Positions 1-10,269 of a stretch of 64,000 nucleotides of DNA are shown in pieces. The position numbers and the translations under genes were made by a program. Origin of the DNA: Microcoleus sp. (lineage in GTDB: Bacteria > Cyanobacteriota > Cyanobacteriia > Cyanobacteriales > Microcoleaceae); NCBI GenBank assembly GCA_042408215.1, contig JAYFMW010000026.1:128001-192000 (forward strand). Reading direction: 5' to 3'. Within the stretch, counting starts at the first letter, position 1. Each line of letters opens with the position of its first letter. The notes beneath the pieces are model-generated. The model did not search any database, had not been told where the DNA came from, and worked only from the letters and a program-made list of their open reading frames with translations.

Positions 1-89
1 ATGCTTGGGATTTTTTTTTACTTCCAGGCTCTGGCTGGGAATGCCTTTTGAGATCAAGTCCGTTAGCATCGGAATAGTAAATTTGAGTT

Positions 90-248
90 ATACCAATTTT
101 TTATGAGGCTGCATAGAATCCGATCCCCCCAGCCCCCTTAAAAAGGGGGAGCAAGAATTCAAAGTCAACCCCTACTCACACCCTACTCCCAAGGGTGCGG
201 GGGATTTAGGGGGATCGGGATATGTGCAACGACCTATTAAATTGGTAT
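90..248. mobile_element. MITE-like element (shell B) carrying a GATCCCCC...GGGGGATC hairpin core
   Basis: Terminal inverted repeats ATACCAATTT/AAATTGGTAT; diverged inverted copy at 15527-15679. Confidence 0.7.
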
Positions 249-648
249 TAACAGCTGTAACTGTTAACTGTTAACTGTCAACCGTCAACCGTCAACCGTC
301 AACAATCACCTGACGGTGCAACCGGAATTGATATGAGATCAAGTCCGAGCGATCGCACATATTATATCCAGTCCGGTGGATGAGTGATTGTATAATTTCC
401 GCAGACCTAGGGGCGGGTTTTACCAACCAGAATTGTTGAAAACTAACTATCTCGTAAACCCGCCCCCACCAGACGATAAAATCCTTGATTGAGAATTGTG
501 GAAGATGTGCGATTAAATTAAGATCTTGTGCCGATCGCAGTCCGCTGTCGAGTTTAAACCCCACTGCGGACTGCGACTAGGGCGACAAGTGCAACATTTG
601 AATTTATTAGATATATTGAACAAGGCTAGGTCTTTTATAATAACCCTT

Positions 649-1365
649 ATGAATGTCAATCTCGCTCCCTCCCCCACTTCTAGTCTCAAACCCGCAGCCC
701 AAAATGTTTCGGCACTCAAACAAGTCTTCCAGACAATTGATGCCGATAGCTGTCCGAGTTCCTACAACTTCCATATGCACACAGTGTACTCCGACGGGCG
801 CTTGCAGCCAGAGGAATTGCTCTCTCAAGCGATCGCGATCGGTCTCAAAGGCTTAGCTATTACAGACCACCACAGCACCAACGGCTACGCTCAAGCTCAA
901 ATTTGGTTGGATAATTGGAAATTCAACCATCCCGACAACAGCGCAACACCGAGTCTCTGGACAGGGGTTGAAATTAATGCTGAATTACTAAACAATGAGG
1001 TACACATTCTCGGTTATGGATTCGAGCCACAACATCCCAGTCTCCAACCATACTTACGAGGTAGAAGCACGGTCGGTAGCGATCGTTATCCAGCAGCCAA
1101 GGTAATTAAAGCTATTCAGCAAGCAGGAGGTTTAGCAGTTCTCGCACATCCTTGCCGATATCGATCGACCGCAGATAAATTAATCCCAGAAGCTGCTCGT
1201 TTCGGCATAGACGGCGTAGAAACCTACTATGCCTATGCTAACCCCAATCCTTGGAAACCAAGCCCCAAACAAACTGTTTTAGTCAAAGAATTAGTAGAAA
1301 ATTACGGTTTGCTTGGAACTTGCGGAACTGACTCTCACGGCCTCAGTATTCTAGTCCGAGTCTAG
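649..1365 (+). CDS. PHP-domain metal-dependent phosphoesterase (TrpH-like)
   Basis: Motifs FHMHTVYSDG, AITDHH, GVEI, VHILGYG, LAHP, GTDSHG; start moved from 526 to ATG 649 (MNVNL). Confidence 0.85.
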   Translation: MNVNLAPSPTSSLKPAAQNVSALKQVFQTIDADSCPSSYNFHMHTVYSDGRLQPEELLSQAIAIGLKGLAITDHHSTNGYAQAQIWLDNWKFNHPDNSATPSLWTGVEINAELLNNEVHILGYGFEPQHPSLQPYLRGRSTVGSDRYPAAKVIKAIQQAGGLAVLAHPCRYRSTADKLIPEAARFGIDGVETYYAYANPNPWKPSPKQTVLVKELVENYGLLGTCGTDSHGLSILVRV

Positions 1366-1648
1366 ATATAGCAACCGCGCCCGGTGGCGCCGGACGCAAA
1401 GCGCCAGAAATCCTCGATCGCCAAAACGTAAACAACTAAACCGATCGATTTTTTTGCGGATTCGACTCTTTAACCAAGACTCTTCTTTGCTCAATCAAGT
1501 TGCAGTCTCTGCCCAGACCTGCTGGATTAGTTTGGGGGCCAGAAATCCGATCGCCTCTTAATTAAAGTGCATTCAGATCGCCTCCTCTCAAACGGCGATC
1601 GCACTTAATTCCACTCAAGTAGGACTCACAAAGCCCACGCTACAGAAA

Positions 1649-3346
1649 CTATGCTTCTGGCACAAAAACACTTGCCGTAAGCTCGCTTTGAGCAACCCCT
1701 TGAACGATACCCAAATAGTTAGTACCGAGTTTAATTGCCGTAGCACTAACAGCAGCTCCTCCATTCAGATTCAAACTTACAGTTTCCAAGGTGAGGCTAG
1801 CAAATACACTCCCGCCAGTTAGACCAATTTTGTCCCCAACAGTAAAGTCTGTAATCACATCTGCCTCTGCTAAGCTGGCAGCCGTCGCCGCCCCTCCGGT
1901 TAAGATAAATGTATCGCTTCCGCCGCCACCTGTGAGAATGTCTTGACCGCGATCGCCACTCAGTCTGTCGTCGCCGTTACCGCCAATCAGGACATCGTTT
2001 TCTTTACCACCGGTCATAATGTCATTGCCATCTCCTCCGGTGAGAGTATCGTTGTCATTGTTGCCTAGGATCGCGTCGTCGCCAACACCGCCGTCAATCT
2101 CATCCGACCCTTTACCGCCTGGTAAACAGTCGTTACCTGCCCCTCCGTCGATTGTATCGGCTCCTTGCATTCCGTTAATGATATCAGAGCCACTTGTCCC
2201 GGTAATATTGTCGTTGCCAGATAGCGCAAATATTGGTTTGCGAGCATCAGCCGGAGGAAGTGATGAAAGCAAAATATTGTCATTATTGTCGGAGAGGTTG
2301 TAAAACCCATTGCTAACAGTGTTTGCTGGTTGTCCAGTAGGACTACCAGGGCCCGAAGAATTGATTGCAGGTGCCGCGATCGTTACAGGCGTACCACCAG
2401 CCGTTGGTGTTGGAGTTGGTGTTGGAGTTGGTGTTGGAGTTGGTGTCGGTGTTGGAGTTGGTGTTGGAGGTGTGACCACAGGTGTTGGAGGTGTGACCAC
2501 AGGTGTTGGAGGTGTGACCACAGGTGTTGGAGGTGTGACCACAGGTGTTGGAGGTGTGACCACAGGTGTTGGAGGTGTGACCACAGGTGTTGGAGGTGTG
2601 ACCACAGGTGTTGGAGGTGTGACCACAGGTGTTGGTGTTGTGGAAGTAGCAAATGCCAAATTCAGATTGTATTTGCTACTGTTATTCTTACCCTGACCTT
2701 CACCAGCACCAGGATTAGCATTGACGTGCTTAACTTCCAAAAAATATCTTTTTCCCGGTGTAAGGACCTCAAATTCCAATTTAGCGTCAGGCTGACCCTT
2801 ATTATTTTGTGTTGTAGCAACTGGAAAATTAGGGTTGCTGGGGTCCACTAAATTTGCAGTGACAATACCATCTAGATTTCCCAGAGTTGCCGTCAACTTA
2901 CCCAGACTCGGCCCTTCAATGCGGTAGTAGTCAATAGGGTCAATCTTACCTACCCACCCTGAATAAGTTCCGGGGTTAACGGCTGGAGTATCACCATTTC
3001 GTTCGTTGTTAAGATCGTTCGGCTCTAAATTAACTTCGACTGTGTACGCCGTTAGCTCAGTAGCAGCGGCCGCCGGTTTGTTGTCCCTAACAATCCCCGT
3101 GAAAGTACCGCCTACGATGGGGGTAAAAATGACTTTCTGAGCAGCTTTAGTTTCACCACTTGCAACCTCGACGCTGTTAGGATTGTTGACCCGTAAAAAA
3201 GGCTGAAATTTGCTATCATCGGCACTTATTACAGAGATTTGAGTACGCTGATTTGCGACTATGCTCTCCAAAGGAAAATTAACATTTGAATCAGTTGGTG
3301 TGATTTGTCTAAATAAACTGTAACCGCTCATTGTTTTATTCCTCAA
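1649..3346 (-). CDS. RTX/hemolysin-type Ca-binding surface protein with PPC-like N-terminal domains and Pro/Thr linker
   Basis: C-terminal GGxGxDxI nonapeptides; YSGWVGKIDPIDYYRI PPC-like motif; (TPPTPVV)n and (TP)n linker. Confidence 0.8.
   Translation of the reverse strand: MRNKTMSGYSLFRQITPTDSNVNFPLESIVANQRTQISVISADDSKFQPFLRVNNPNSVEVASGETKAAQKVIFTPIVGGTFTGIVRDNKPAAAATELTAYTVEVNLEPNDLNNERNGDTPAVNPGTYSGWVGKIDPIDYYRIEGPSLGKLTATLGNLDGIVTANLVDPSNPNFPVATTQNNKGQPDAKLEFEVLTPGKRYFLEVKHVNANPGAGEGQGKNNSSKYNLNLAFATSTTPTPVVTPPTPVVTPPTPVVTPPTPVVTPPTPVVTPPTPVVTPPTPVVTPPTPVVTPPTPTPTPTPTPTPTPTPTPTPTAGGTPVTIAAPAINSSGPGSPTGQPANTVSNGFYNLSDNNDNILLSSLPPADARKPIFALSGNDNITGTSGSDIINGMQGADTIDGGAGNDCLPGGKGSDEIDGGVGDDAILGNNDNDTLTGGDGNDIMTGGKENDVLIGGNGDDRLSGDRGQDILTGGGGSDTFILTGGAATAASLAEADVITDFTVGDKIGLTGGSVFASLTLETVSLNLNGGAAVSATAIKLGTNYLGIVQGVAQSELTASVFVPEA
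2460..2627. repeat. 8 identical 21-bp tandem repeats (GGTGTTGGAGGTGTGACCACA) in the RTX gene
   Basis: Counted directly in the sequence. Confidence 0.95.
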
Positions 3347-3830
3347 TCAAGTTTGCTTGGATGGTTAGGCACTGGTTTAGTGACTAAATTTAATCAGTTA
3401 TTCCGTAAAAATTCCTGAACTTACGCAGCGTAAAACATTGGTAGGAGTAACTCATAAATTGCCCTACATAAAATAGACTTTACAACTTAGTTTTGCGCCC
3501 GTCCTAAATTCTCTTCCTAGGAGCACCTCTCATAGAGTGAAGTTTGCATGAATCAGTTTATTTTTGGCTGATTAACTAACACTTTACTGTTTTCCAAAAG
3601 CAAGTTCAAGAGTTTATTTATTTGATTTATTTGTGTTTAATAAGAAAACTATAAGTATAACTTATTTAAGTTGCGATCGCCCTATTGATTGAGTTCAGAC
3701 AGATTAATTTTTTATAAAAAATAGTCGCTACTTTTTCCCCGCACCAGCAAGCAACTTTTTACCGGGTGCGTGACAGTCCGCAGTCGCAAGTTGCGAGTCA
3801 AATATTTCTCGCTGCCTGTGCACCCTACAA

Positions 3831-3901
3831 TAGACATCTCCCAAAAAGCTTGTCAAGAACAGGCAGGATGCCTGTTCCACAATAATTATGGGAGATGTCT
3901 A
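3831..3901. mobile_element. 71-bp MITE-like element (family C)
   Basis: TIR TAGACATCTCCC/GGGAGATGTCTA around GAACAGGC-AGGAT-GCCTGTTC hairpin; copies at 19340-19407 (inverted) and 63289-63359. Confidence 0.8.
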
Positions 3902-3909
3902 ATTACTAT

Positions 3910-5076
3910 CTACCGTTCAGGAAAAAGTTGGCAAGACCGATTAGTTGGCTGATTAGCCCAATTTAAGCGAGAATTGCCAAACCGATCCATCCAACCTTCC
4001 AAATAAGCCCGATTAGCCTTTCTTTCTTCAGAATCCGATGTATTCATGGGATGAGGTGCTAAACCAAAAATAGTCGCCGTCGTCACGCAAAACATCGACT
4101 TTTGAAAACTCTGACAAATTTGCACCCGCACATCATCTTCACCCCGACAGCTAGTGCGATAAACTTCGTGCAAATACTCCGGCAAAAAATGCCGCATATC
4201 TTGCATCAATTGAGTTGGCGGAATCCCTGCACCTCCAATAGGTAAAGGATCTGCAAACAAAGCACCGTAGTTAAAGTCTCTTTGTTCTGCTGGGATTTGA
4301 TGGGCTTGCGCGTTGTAGGAAACTACTCCAAAAAATGCAGTACCCCGAAAGAAAATTGACTCTACATAGGGAATCGCTACATCTGCTAAAAACGTCAAGT
4401 TAGCCGCCGCTGGAATGATATCGTAGACTTGAGGGCCAATCTTCACGCTGTAGGTAATCGGTAAACTGGCGGCGGATACTAAGCCGGCTTTGATCAAATC
4501 AACTATATCAGAAATAGACTTAGTTTCTCCTCGATCGTAGGAATCAGATAAGTCCATAAACAAATCGCTCATTACCCGCCAAAACTGACCGAGACCGGTG
4601 TAATAAGCCAGCATCCGCACTTGTTCCGGCAAAAAATTAGGAAATGCTTTGTTAAGTCCCTGCATGAAAAAATTGCCTTTCAGTTTAGCAGCGATCGCCT
4701 TTTCGGCCAAACTGCTAAATTCCGGCGAATCCAAATAACTATCCAAACCGCCGCCGCCATGCCAAAGCATAGTTTTCATGCAATATTCGGCATACTCAAA
4801 ATTTATGCGATCGTGCCACAAATAGCGCATTAATTTCGGCAGAGTGACTTCCCCATTGAAATATTTAAAAAACGGGAACAGCACTAAAAACTGTGATTCT
4901 GCAATATAATTGAGATTCCGAGAATAGGCATCTAGAACAATAGCGTAACTTTTGAGAACGCCAACAACTTCTACTACATTTTCCTCGGATTCAGGCAGTA
5001 AAGCTTGGCCTGATTCCAAGATGTCAATGTATGCTGATAGGGGATGAGAAGATGGTTTTAATACGGTACTTGTCAT
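3910..5076 (-). CDS. cupB: CO2 hydration protein CupB (ChpX)
   Basis: HDRINFEYAEYCM and GGAGIPPT..MQDMRHF motifs; 388 aa; downstream of ndhF4-ndhD4. Confidence 0.9.
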   Translation of the reverse strand: MTSTVLKPSSHPLSAYIDILESGQALLPESEENVVEVVGVLKSYAIVLDAYSRNLNYIAESQFLVLFPFFKYFNGEVTLPKLMRYLWHDRINFEYAEYCMKTMLWHGGGGLDSYLDSPEFSSLAEKAIAAKLKGNFFMQGLNKAFPNFLPEQVRMLAYYTGLGQFWRVMSDLFMDLSDSYDRGETKSISDIVDLIKAGLVSAASLPITYSVKIGPQVYDIIPAAANLTFLADVAIPYVESIFFRGTAFFGVVSYNAQAHQIPAEQRDFNYGALFADPLPIGGAGIPPTQLMQDMRHFLPEYLHEVYRTSCRGEDDVRVQICQSFQKSMFCVTTATIFGLAPHPMNTSDSEERKANRAYLEGWMDRFGNSRLNWANQPTNRSCQLFPER

Positions 5077-5147
5077 TTTAATTTAACCTTAAATGAAGGA
5101 AGTTCGGCAACGGATTTTTTAACGGATTTAACGGATGGATGGAATAG

Positions 5148-5418
5148 GTAGGGACACTCAAGGGTGCCCATTAGTGTCAACTTAAGCCTGAAACTCTTGG
5201 TATCTCTCGGTTTTACCTAAGTCTAGATCCCCCTAAATCCCCCTTAAGAAGGGAGTAGGGTGTGAGTAGGGGTTGACTTTGAAAAGACTCCTGTCCCCCC
5301 CTTCTTAAGGGGGAGTAGGGGGCAAGAATGCGGGGGGATCTAGATTTAATAGTCAAACAAAAGTCTCTGACTGGGTTTGACCTTAAATTGACACCTATGG
5401 GCAGTGCCGTGTCCCTAC
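5148..5418. mobile_element. Nested MITE (shell A) within a GTAGGGACAC...GTGTCCCTAC REP-like hairpin
   Basis: TIR TGCCCATTAGTGTCAACTTAAG/CTTAAATTGACACCTATGGGCA; closely similar copy at 44097-44343. Confidence 0.8.
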
Positions 5419-5432
5419 AGATAGGTCATATT

Positions 5433-6950
5433 TTATTTCAAGTTTTGAGCGATCGCATTAACTTGCGGAGGCACATTAGCTACCATTGCGATCGCAGTTT
5501 TCTCGCTCAAAGCAACAATAACTCCCGGCTGCACTCCCATAATCAGAATAATCACAGCCAATACCAGAGAAGGAATGCGATCGCCCCAGCGCACTTGTGG
5601 TAAACTAACCACCAAATCCGAAAGGCGGCCAAAAAAGACGCGGTTGATCATAATTAAAAAATACACTGAAGTCAAACCCGTCCCGATCATGCACAGCAAA
5701 GTTTGCACCGGAAACACTTGCAAACTACCGCGAAATACCAAAAATTCAGCAATAAATCCAGCCAAACCCGGAATTCCCGCACTAGCCATCACGCCGACAA
5801 TCATTAGACTACCAATCATTGGCAAACCTCGATCGGGATTAAACAAACCTCTAAGCACGTCTAAATTGCGACTTCCTGATTTTCTGTAAACAACGCCGAC
5901 ACTCAAAAACAGCAGTGCCGAAATTAAGCCGTGGCTTACCATTTGCACAACAGTACCCAACAAACTCACCGGAGTAGCAGCGGCGCTAGCCAACAAAATG
6001 TAACCCATGTGGGCGATCGAACTATAAGCTACCATTTTCTTCATATCTTTTTGGGCGATCGCGCAACTCGCCCCATAAAGCACGCTAACAACAGCCCAAC
6101 TCGCCAACCAAGGCGCAGCCACCGCCCACGCATCAGGAAACAAACCCAAACCGAAGCGCAGCATCCCATAGGTACCCAACTTCAAAAGCACCCCAGCCAG
6201 CAACACCGAAACCGGAGTCGAAGCTTCTACGTGAGCATCAGGAAGCCAAGTATGAAAAGGCACCAAAGGAATCTTAATTCCAAAAGCCAGCAAGATCCCA
6301 GCCAGCAAAACAATTTGCCTCACCAAAGGCAAAGGTAAACCACCTTGTAAATGTGATGCACCAACAGCACCAACCATGTCAAAACTAGAAGCACCACTCA
6401 GCCAAACTACCCCCAAGAAAGAAGCCAACAGCACAATTCCCGAAAACGCAGTATAGATTAAAAACTTAGTCGCAGCATAACCCCGACGTTCGCCTCCCCA
6501 AATTGCAATTAACAGGTAAAGCGGTATCAGTTCCACCTCAAAAAACAAGAAAAACAGCAGCAAATTTTGAGTCAAAAAAGCCCCAGCCACGCCGCCCGTA
6601 ATCAGCAAAATCAAAGAATAATAAAGTCTCGGTCTGCGAAGAGACTCATCTGTACTGTAAATAGCCACCCCTGTCAGCAGACAATTTAAAATCACCAAAG
6701 GCAGAGACAAACCATCAACACCGAGATTGTAGTTCAATCCCAAAACATCTATCCAAGGAATAAATTCAGCAAACTGCAACTCACCGGTACTCGTATCAAA
6801 CTGAGTAGCCAAAATCACCGATAAAATCAAAGTTATACCTGCAATGGCGATCGCAGAATTCCGAACAATTTTAGAACTCACCGAACCAGGCCAAAACCCA
6901 ATCAGAGCCGCCCCCAAGATTGGTATCCAGATTAAAGCACTCAGCATCAA
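5433..6950 (-). CDS. ndhD4: NDH-1 subunit D4 (NuoM family), CO2 uptake
   Basis: FFEVELIPLYLLIAIWGG, PFHTWLPDAHVEA motifs; between ndhF and cupB. Confidence 0.9.
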   Translation of the reverse strand: MMLSALIWIPILGAALIGFWPGSVSSKIVRNSAIAIAGITLILSVILATQFDTSTGELQFAEFIPWIDVLGLNYNLGVDGLSLPLVILNCLLTGVAIYSTDESLRRPRLYYSLILLITGGVAGAFLTQNLLLFFLFFEVELIPLYLLIAIWGGERRGYAATKFLIYTAFSGIVLLASFLGVVWLSGASSFDMVGAVGASHLQGGLPLPLVRQIVLLAGILLAFGIKIPLVPFHTWLPDAHVEASTPVSVLLAGVLLKLGTYGMLRFGLGLFPDAWAVAAPWLASWAVVSVLYGASCAIAQKDMKKMVAYSSIAHMGYILLASAAATPVSLLGTVVQMVSHGLISALLFLSVGVVYRKSGSRNLDVLRGLFNPDRGLPMIGSLMIVGVMASAGIPGLAGFIAEFLVFRGSLQVFPVQTLLCMIGTGLTSVYFLIMINRVFFGRLSDLVVSLPQVRWGDRIPSLVLAVIILIMGVQPGVIVALSEKTAIAMVANVPPQVNAIAQNLK

Positions 6951-7349
6951 TTAAAACTTTCCTTTACTACAGATTTTTAAACTATATTTAAGATTAGCGC
7001 AAAGCCAGAAATTATAAAAGCGATCGGCTGATTTTTTTACATAGGTTCAAATATCAATAAATTCATCTGCGTTCATCAGTATTCATCTGCCTGCATCTGC
7101 CTTGAAAAGTTGTCTTGAGAGAAGGCGAAATTATTTCACTTCCCGAACTTTTACCCGGTTCGCAAGTTCCGGTTGCCGAATTGTGGTCGATCGAATTTGA
7201 ATAACATCCGAGAAAAGAGCAGACAAACCCCGAATAAAAACATCTGCGTTCATCTGTGTTCATCTGCCCTCATCTGCGGTGAAAAATTAAATAAAATTAG
7301 ATCCAAAGCAGACCAACCCATCATAAATTCATCGGCCGACCTCCGAGGT

Positions 7350-9224
7350 TTAAAACTGCCAAATTATCAACGCCAGCAACACCGCCACACCCCCCGCAAT
7401 AGTCAACACATAAAACTGCGACTGACCGGTGCCGCTATACTTCAACCCTTCACCGCTGAAAATTGTCGCAAAACCAAACAAATTAACCGCCCCATCCACC
7501 ACATACCTGTCAGTCCAAGCGCTGATTTTAGCAATAGAAGCAACAGCCCAAACCACAGTCAATCGGTAAATGCGATCGATATAAAAATCGTAAGCCAACA
7601 AATCCTGCACAGCCGGAATCGGTAATCGCACCGGCCGAGGTAAAACCCCATACCAATAAATCGCCACCCCGATCGCACAACCAATCAACCCAGATAACAG
7701 CAACAGCGGTGTATCCAGCGTCTTCAACAGCAAATTTAAAGCATCAAAATCTCCAGTCTCAGCCGAAGGCCCACTCCAACTAATTAATAATTGCCACCGC
7801 TGCAACATCCAAGGCACTAACAACCCGGTAACAGTCAAAATTACCATCGGTAAAGCCATTAGCCATCCCACTTCTGGAGTTCTGCGAGTTTTCGCCTGCG
7901 GTTTTCCTGCAAACACTAAACCGAATACGCGAGTTAAATTGAGCGCTGTCAAACAATTAACTAACAGCAGCACAACTACCAACCACAAAGGTACTGTCCA
8001 AAAACCGTTAAGCCAGCGCCGCATCGCCCAAAAATTCCCCAGCGGCAACAGTGCTACCATCCCCGCAGCGCCTACTAGAAAAGCCGTAGTCGTGGCTGGC
8101 ATTCTCGACCACAATCCCCCCATTTCTGTTAAAGTTTGAGTGTTGGTAGTCGAAATAATTGACCCAGCGCTCATAAATAATAGTGCCTTGGAAATCGAGT
8201 GCGCGAACAGCAACAGCAAAGCAATGTCAACTTGATTTAGCCCCACTGCGATAAACACTAAACCTAAAGAAGCGCTTGTAGAATGCGATAATGTTCTTTT
8301 CAGGTCGATTTGGGCGATCGCCACCAGAGAAGCCCCAACAGCCGTCACCACACCCAAAACCACCAGCACTCCACCAGTCATCGGCGAAAGCGCCAAAACA
8401 GGCTGAAGTTTAATCAAAACATAAGCCCCAGCACCCACAACCACCGTATTCCGCATAATCGAAGCCGGGTTAGGTCCCTCCATCGCCTCATCGAGCCACA
8501 AATGGAATGGAAACTGAGCACACTTAGCCGTAGGTGCCGCAATTAAAGCCAAACCCAAAAGAGTCCCGAATACAGGAGACAAAGTTGCAGTTTCCGCCCA
8601 TTTCTCCAAATCGGAAAAATTCAAACTTCCGGCGATCGTCGAAAGCGTTACTACTCCCATCAACAGCGGCACATCTCCCACACGCTTCGTTAAAAACGCA
8701 TCTCTAGCCGCTGTTACTACCAGCGGTTGAGCGTACCAAAACCCTACTAGCAAGTAAGTTGAAAGCGTCAGCATTTCCAACAAAGCGTAAGTTAGAAGCA
8801 GCGAGTCACTAATCGCAATACCACTAATTGCCGCTTCAAAAAAACCGAGCAACCCGAAAAATCGAGCCATCGCCCAGTCTTTTTCCATGTAGCCCAAAGC
8901 GTAAATTTGTGCTAGCAAACTCAGAAATGTCACTAACTCCATTGCTCCCACGCTCACCGTGGATATTTCTAGTGAAAAAGACAGATCTAAATCTGCTGCT
9001 TGCACCCAGTGTACGAGCAATTGTTGGGGAGGTCGATCCCAAGTTGCTGTGAAAATCACTGACCCGTGTATAAAAGCCAAGACAGTCATCAGCAAATTGA
9101 AGTAAGCCGCCGGTCTTGGCCCTGTTTTACGAATGGTTCCAGTAGACCAGGGCAAAGTTAAAATTGCGCCAATTAAGCCATATAAAGGCACCCACCAACA
9201 GGCTTGGAGGAGAAATTGAGTCAT
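7350..9224 (-). CDS. ndhF4: NDH-1 subunit F4 (NuoL family), CO2 uptake
   Basis: TGPRPAAY, YMEKDW, WLDEAMEGPNPASI motifs of the F3/F4 class; linked to cupB. Confidence 0.9.
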   Translation of the reverse strand: MTQFLLQACWWVPLYGLIGAILTLPWSTGTIRKTGPRPAAYFNLLMTVLAFIHGSVIFTATWDRPPQQLLVHWVQAADLDLSFSLEISTVSVGAMELVTFLSLLAQIYALGYMEKDWAMARFFGLLGFFEAAISGIAISDSLLLTYALLEMLTLSTYLLVGFWYAQPLVVTAARDAFLTKRVGDVPLLMGVVTLSTIAGSLNFSDLEKWAETATLSPVFGTLLGLALIAAPTAKCAQFPFHLWLDEAMEGPNPASIMRNTVVVGAGAYVLIKLQPVLALSPMTGGVLVVLGVVTAVGASLVAIAQIDLKRTLSHSTSASLGLVFIAVGLNQVDIALLLLFAHSISKALLFMSAGSIISTTNTQTLTEMGGLWSRMPATTTAFLVGAAGMVALLPLGNFWAMRRWLNGFWTVPLWLVVVLLLVNCLTALNLTRVFGLVFAGKPQAKTRRTPEVGWLMALPMVILTVTGLLVPWMLQRWQLLISWSGPSAETGDFDALNLLLKTLDTPLLLLSGLIGCAIGVAIYWYGVLPRPVRLPIPAVQDLLAYDFYIDRIYRLTVVWAVASIAKISAWTDRYVVDGAVNLFGFATIFSGEGLKYSGTGQSQFYVLTIAGGVAVLLALIIWQF

Positions 9225-9369
9225 TAATTTATCCCGATCAATTGGAAATTTACTACTGTCTTTATGAAACTCTCAGCTCTTTCATACATAGACTGAGTTT
9301 CTCACATCCCGTGCTATGTTTTATGTAAAAATCAATAGTTTTGGCAAAATAATTTGCACTGACATTAAC

Positions 9370-9507
9370 TATAGCGGTTTTCTAGAAAGTCAGGTACGCC
9401 CAATTCAATTCGGCTCAGGAAAAGGAAGCATTAATGACCTAGACCCTAGGCCCTAGGCCCTAGGCCCTAGGCATCGGGAGCAGCTAATTTACCTGAGAAA
9501 GGCTATA
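9370..9507. mobile_element. MITE-like element (family H) containing (CCCTAGG)n heptamers
   Basis: Ends TATAGCGGTTTTC/GAGAAAGGCTATA; related element at 29929-30059, partial left end near 13245. Confidence 0.6.
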
Positions 9508-9872
9508 TACATTAAAGCACTCTAGCTGAGAATTCGATCGCTGAAAAATTAGCTGTTACCGCAAAAGCGGACTCTACTTGACAAGTATTTTTACTCAGCG
9601 GACTCTCCAATTGCCACCGCCCTCTACTCCTTTTCATGTTAAGTTTATTAAAAAAATATTAAGTTATTTTAAATAACATAAAAAAAATTAATTTTTTTTA
9701 TTAAACATTATGATGTTAGTTTATATTGTCAAGGTACACCGCTTACTCTATTCTTAAAGGATAGGAAGCTTTAAACCGTTGTTCTAAAGAATCTGGGCTC
9801 CCCCGTCCAATTTTTTAAATTGGTCAAAGATTTGTAACGGTAATTCCACTAATCCTCAAAGGAGATTCAACA

Positions 9873-10184
9873 ATGTCAATTGCTGTGGGCATGATTGAGA
9901 CCAAAGGTTTTCCCGCTGTTGTGGAAGCTGCCGACGCGATGGTCAAAGCAGCCCGCGTTACCCTGGTGGGCTATGAAAAAATCGGCAGCGCCCGCGTCAC
10001 AGTAATTGTGCGCGGCAACGTGTCGGAAGTCCAAGCCTCAGTAGCAGCAGGAGTGGAATCAGTGAAGCGGGTGAACGGCGGAGAAGTCGTCTCTACCCAC
10101 ATCATCGCTCGTCCCCACGAAAACCTGGAATACGTTCTGCCGATTCGCTATACCGAAGCAGTAGAACAGTTCCGAGGCTACTAA
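9873..10184 (+). CDS. ccmK2: Carboxysome shell hexamer CcmK2
   Basis: BMC domain [29 protein letters not shown], 103 aa, RBS GGAG. Confidence 0.95.
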   Translation: MSIAVGMIETKGFPAVVEAADAMVKAARVTLVGYEKIGSARVTVIVRGNVSEVQASVAAGVESVKRVNGGEVVSTHIIARPHENLEYVLPIRYTEAVEQFRGY

Positions 10185-10269
10185 GTCCTCACGATAAAAT
10201 TGGTACATCTGGACCACCAATGCCGTAAGCGAAAACCAAGCTCATAGGTACGTGTTACCAGAAAAAGTG

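Noticed and set aside
1620..1648. AAGCCCACGCTACAG, resembling part of an IS605-type right end
   Set aside because: Too short and lacks the rest of the terminal hairpin
2019..2851. Cys/Trp/His-rich and Gly/Val-rich ORFs overlapping the RTX gene
   Set aside because: Alternate-frame and antisense translations of the tandem repeat; the same applies to ORFs over the ccmN repeat at 13611-14170
6335..6380. Possible small repeat-derived insertion in ndhD4 (VGAVGASHLQGG)
   Set aside because: Too degenerate to assign without an alignment
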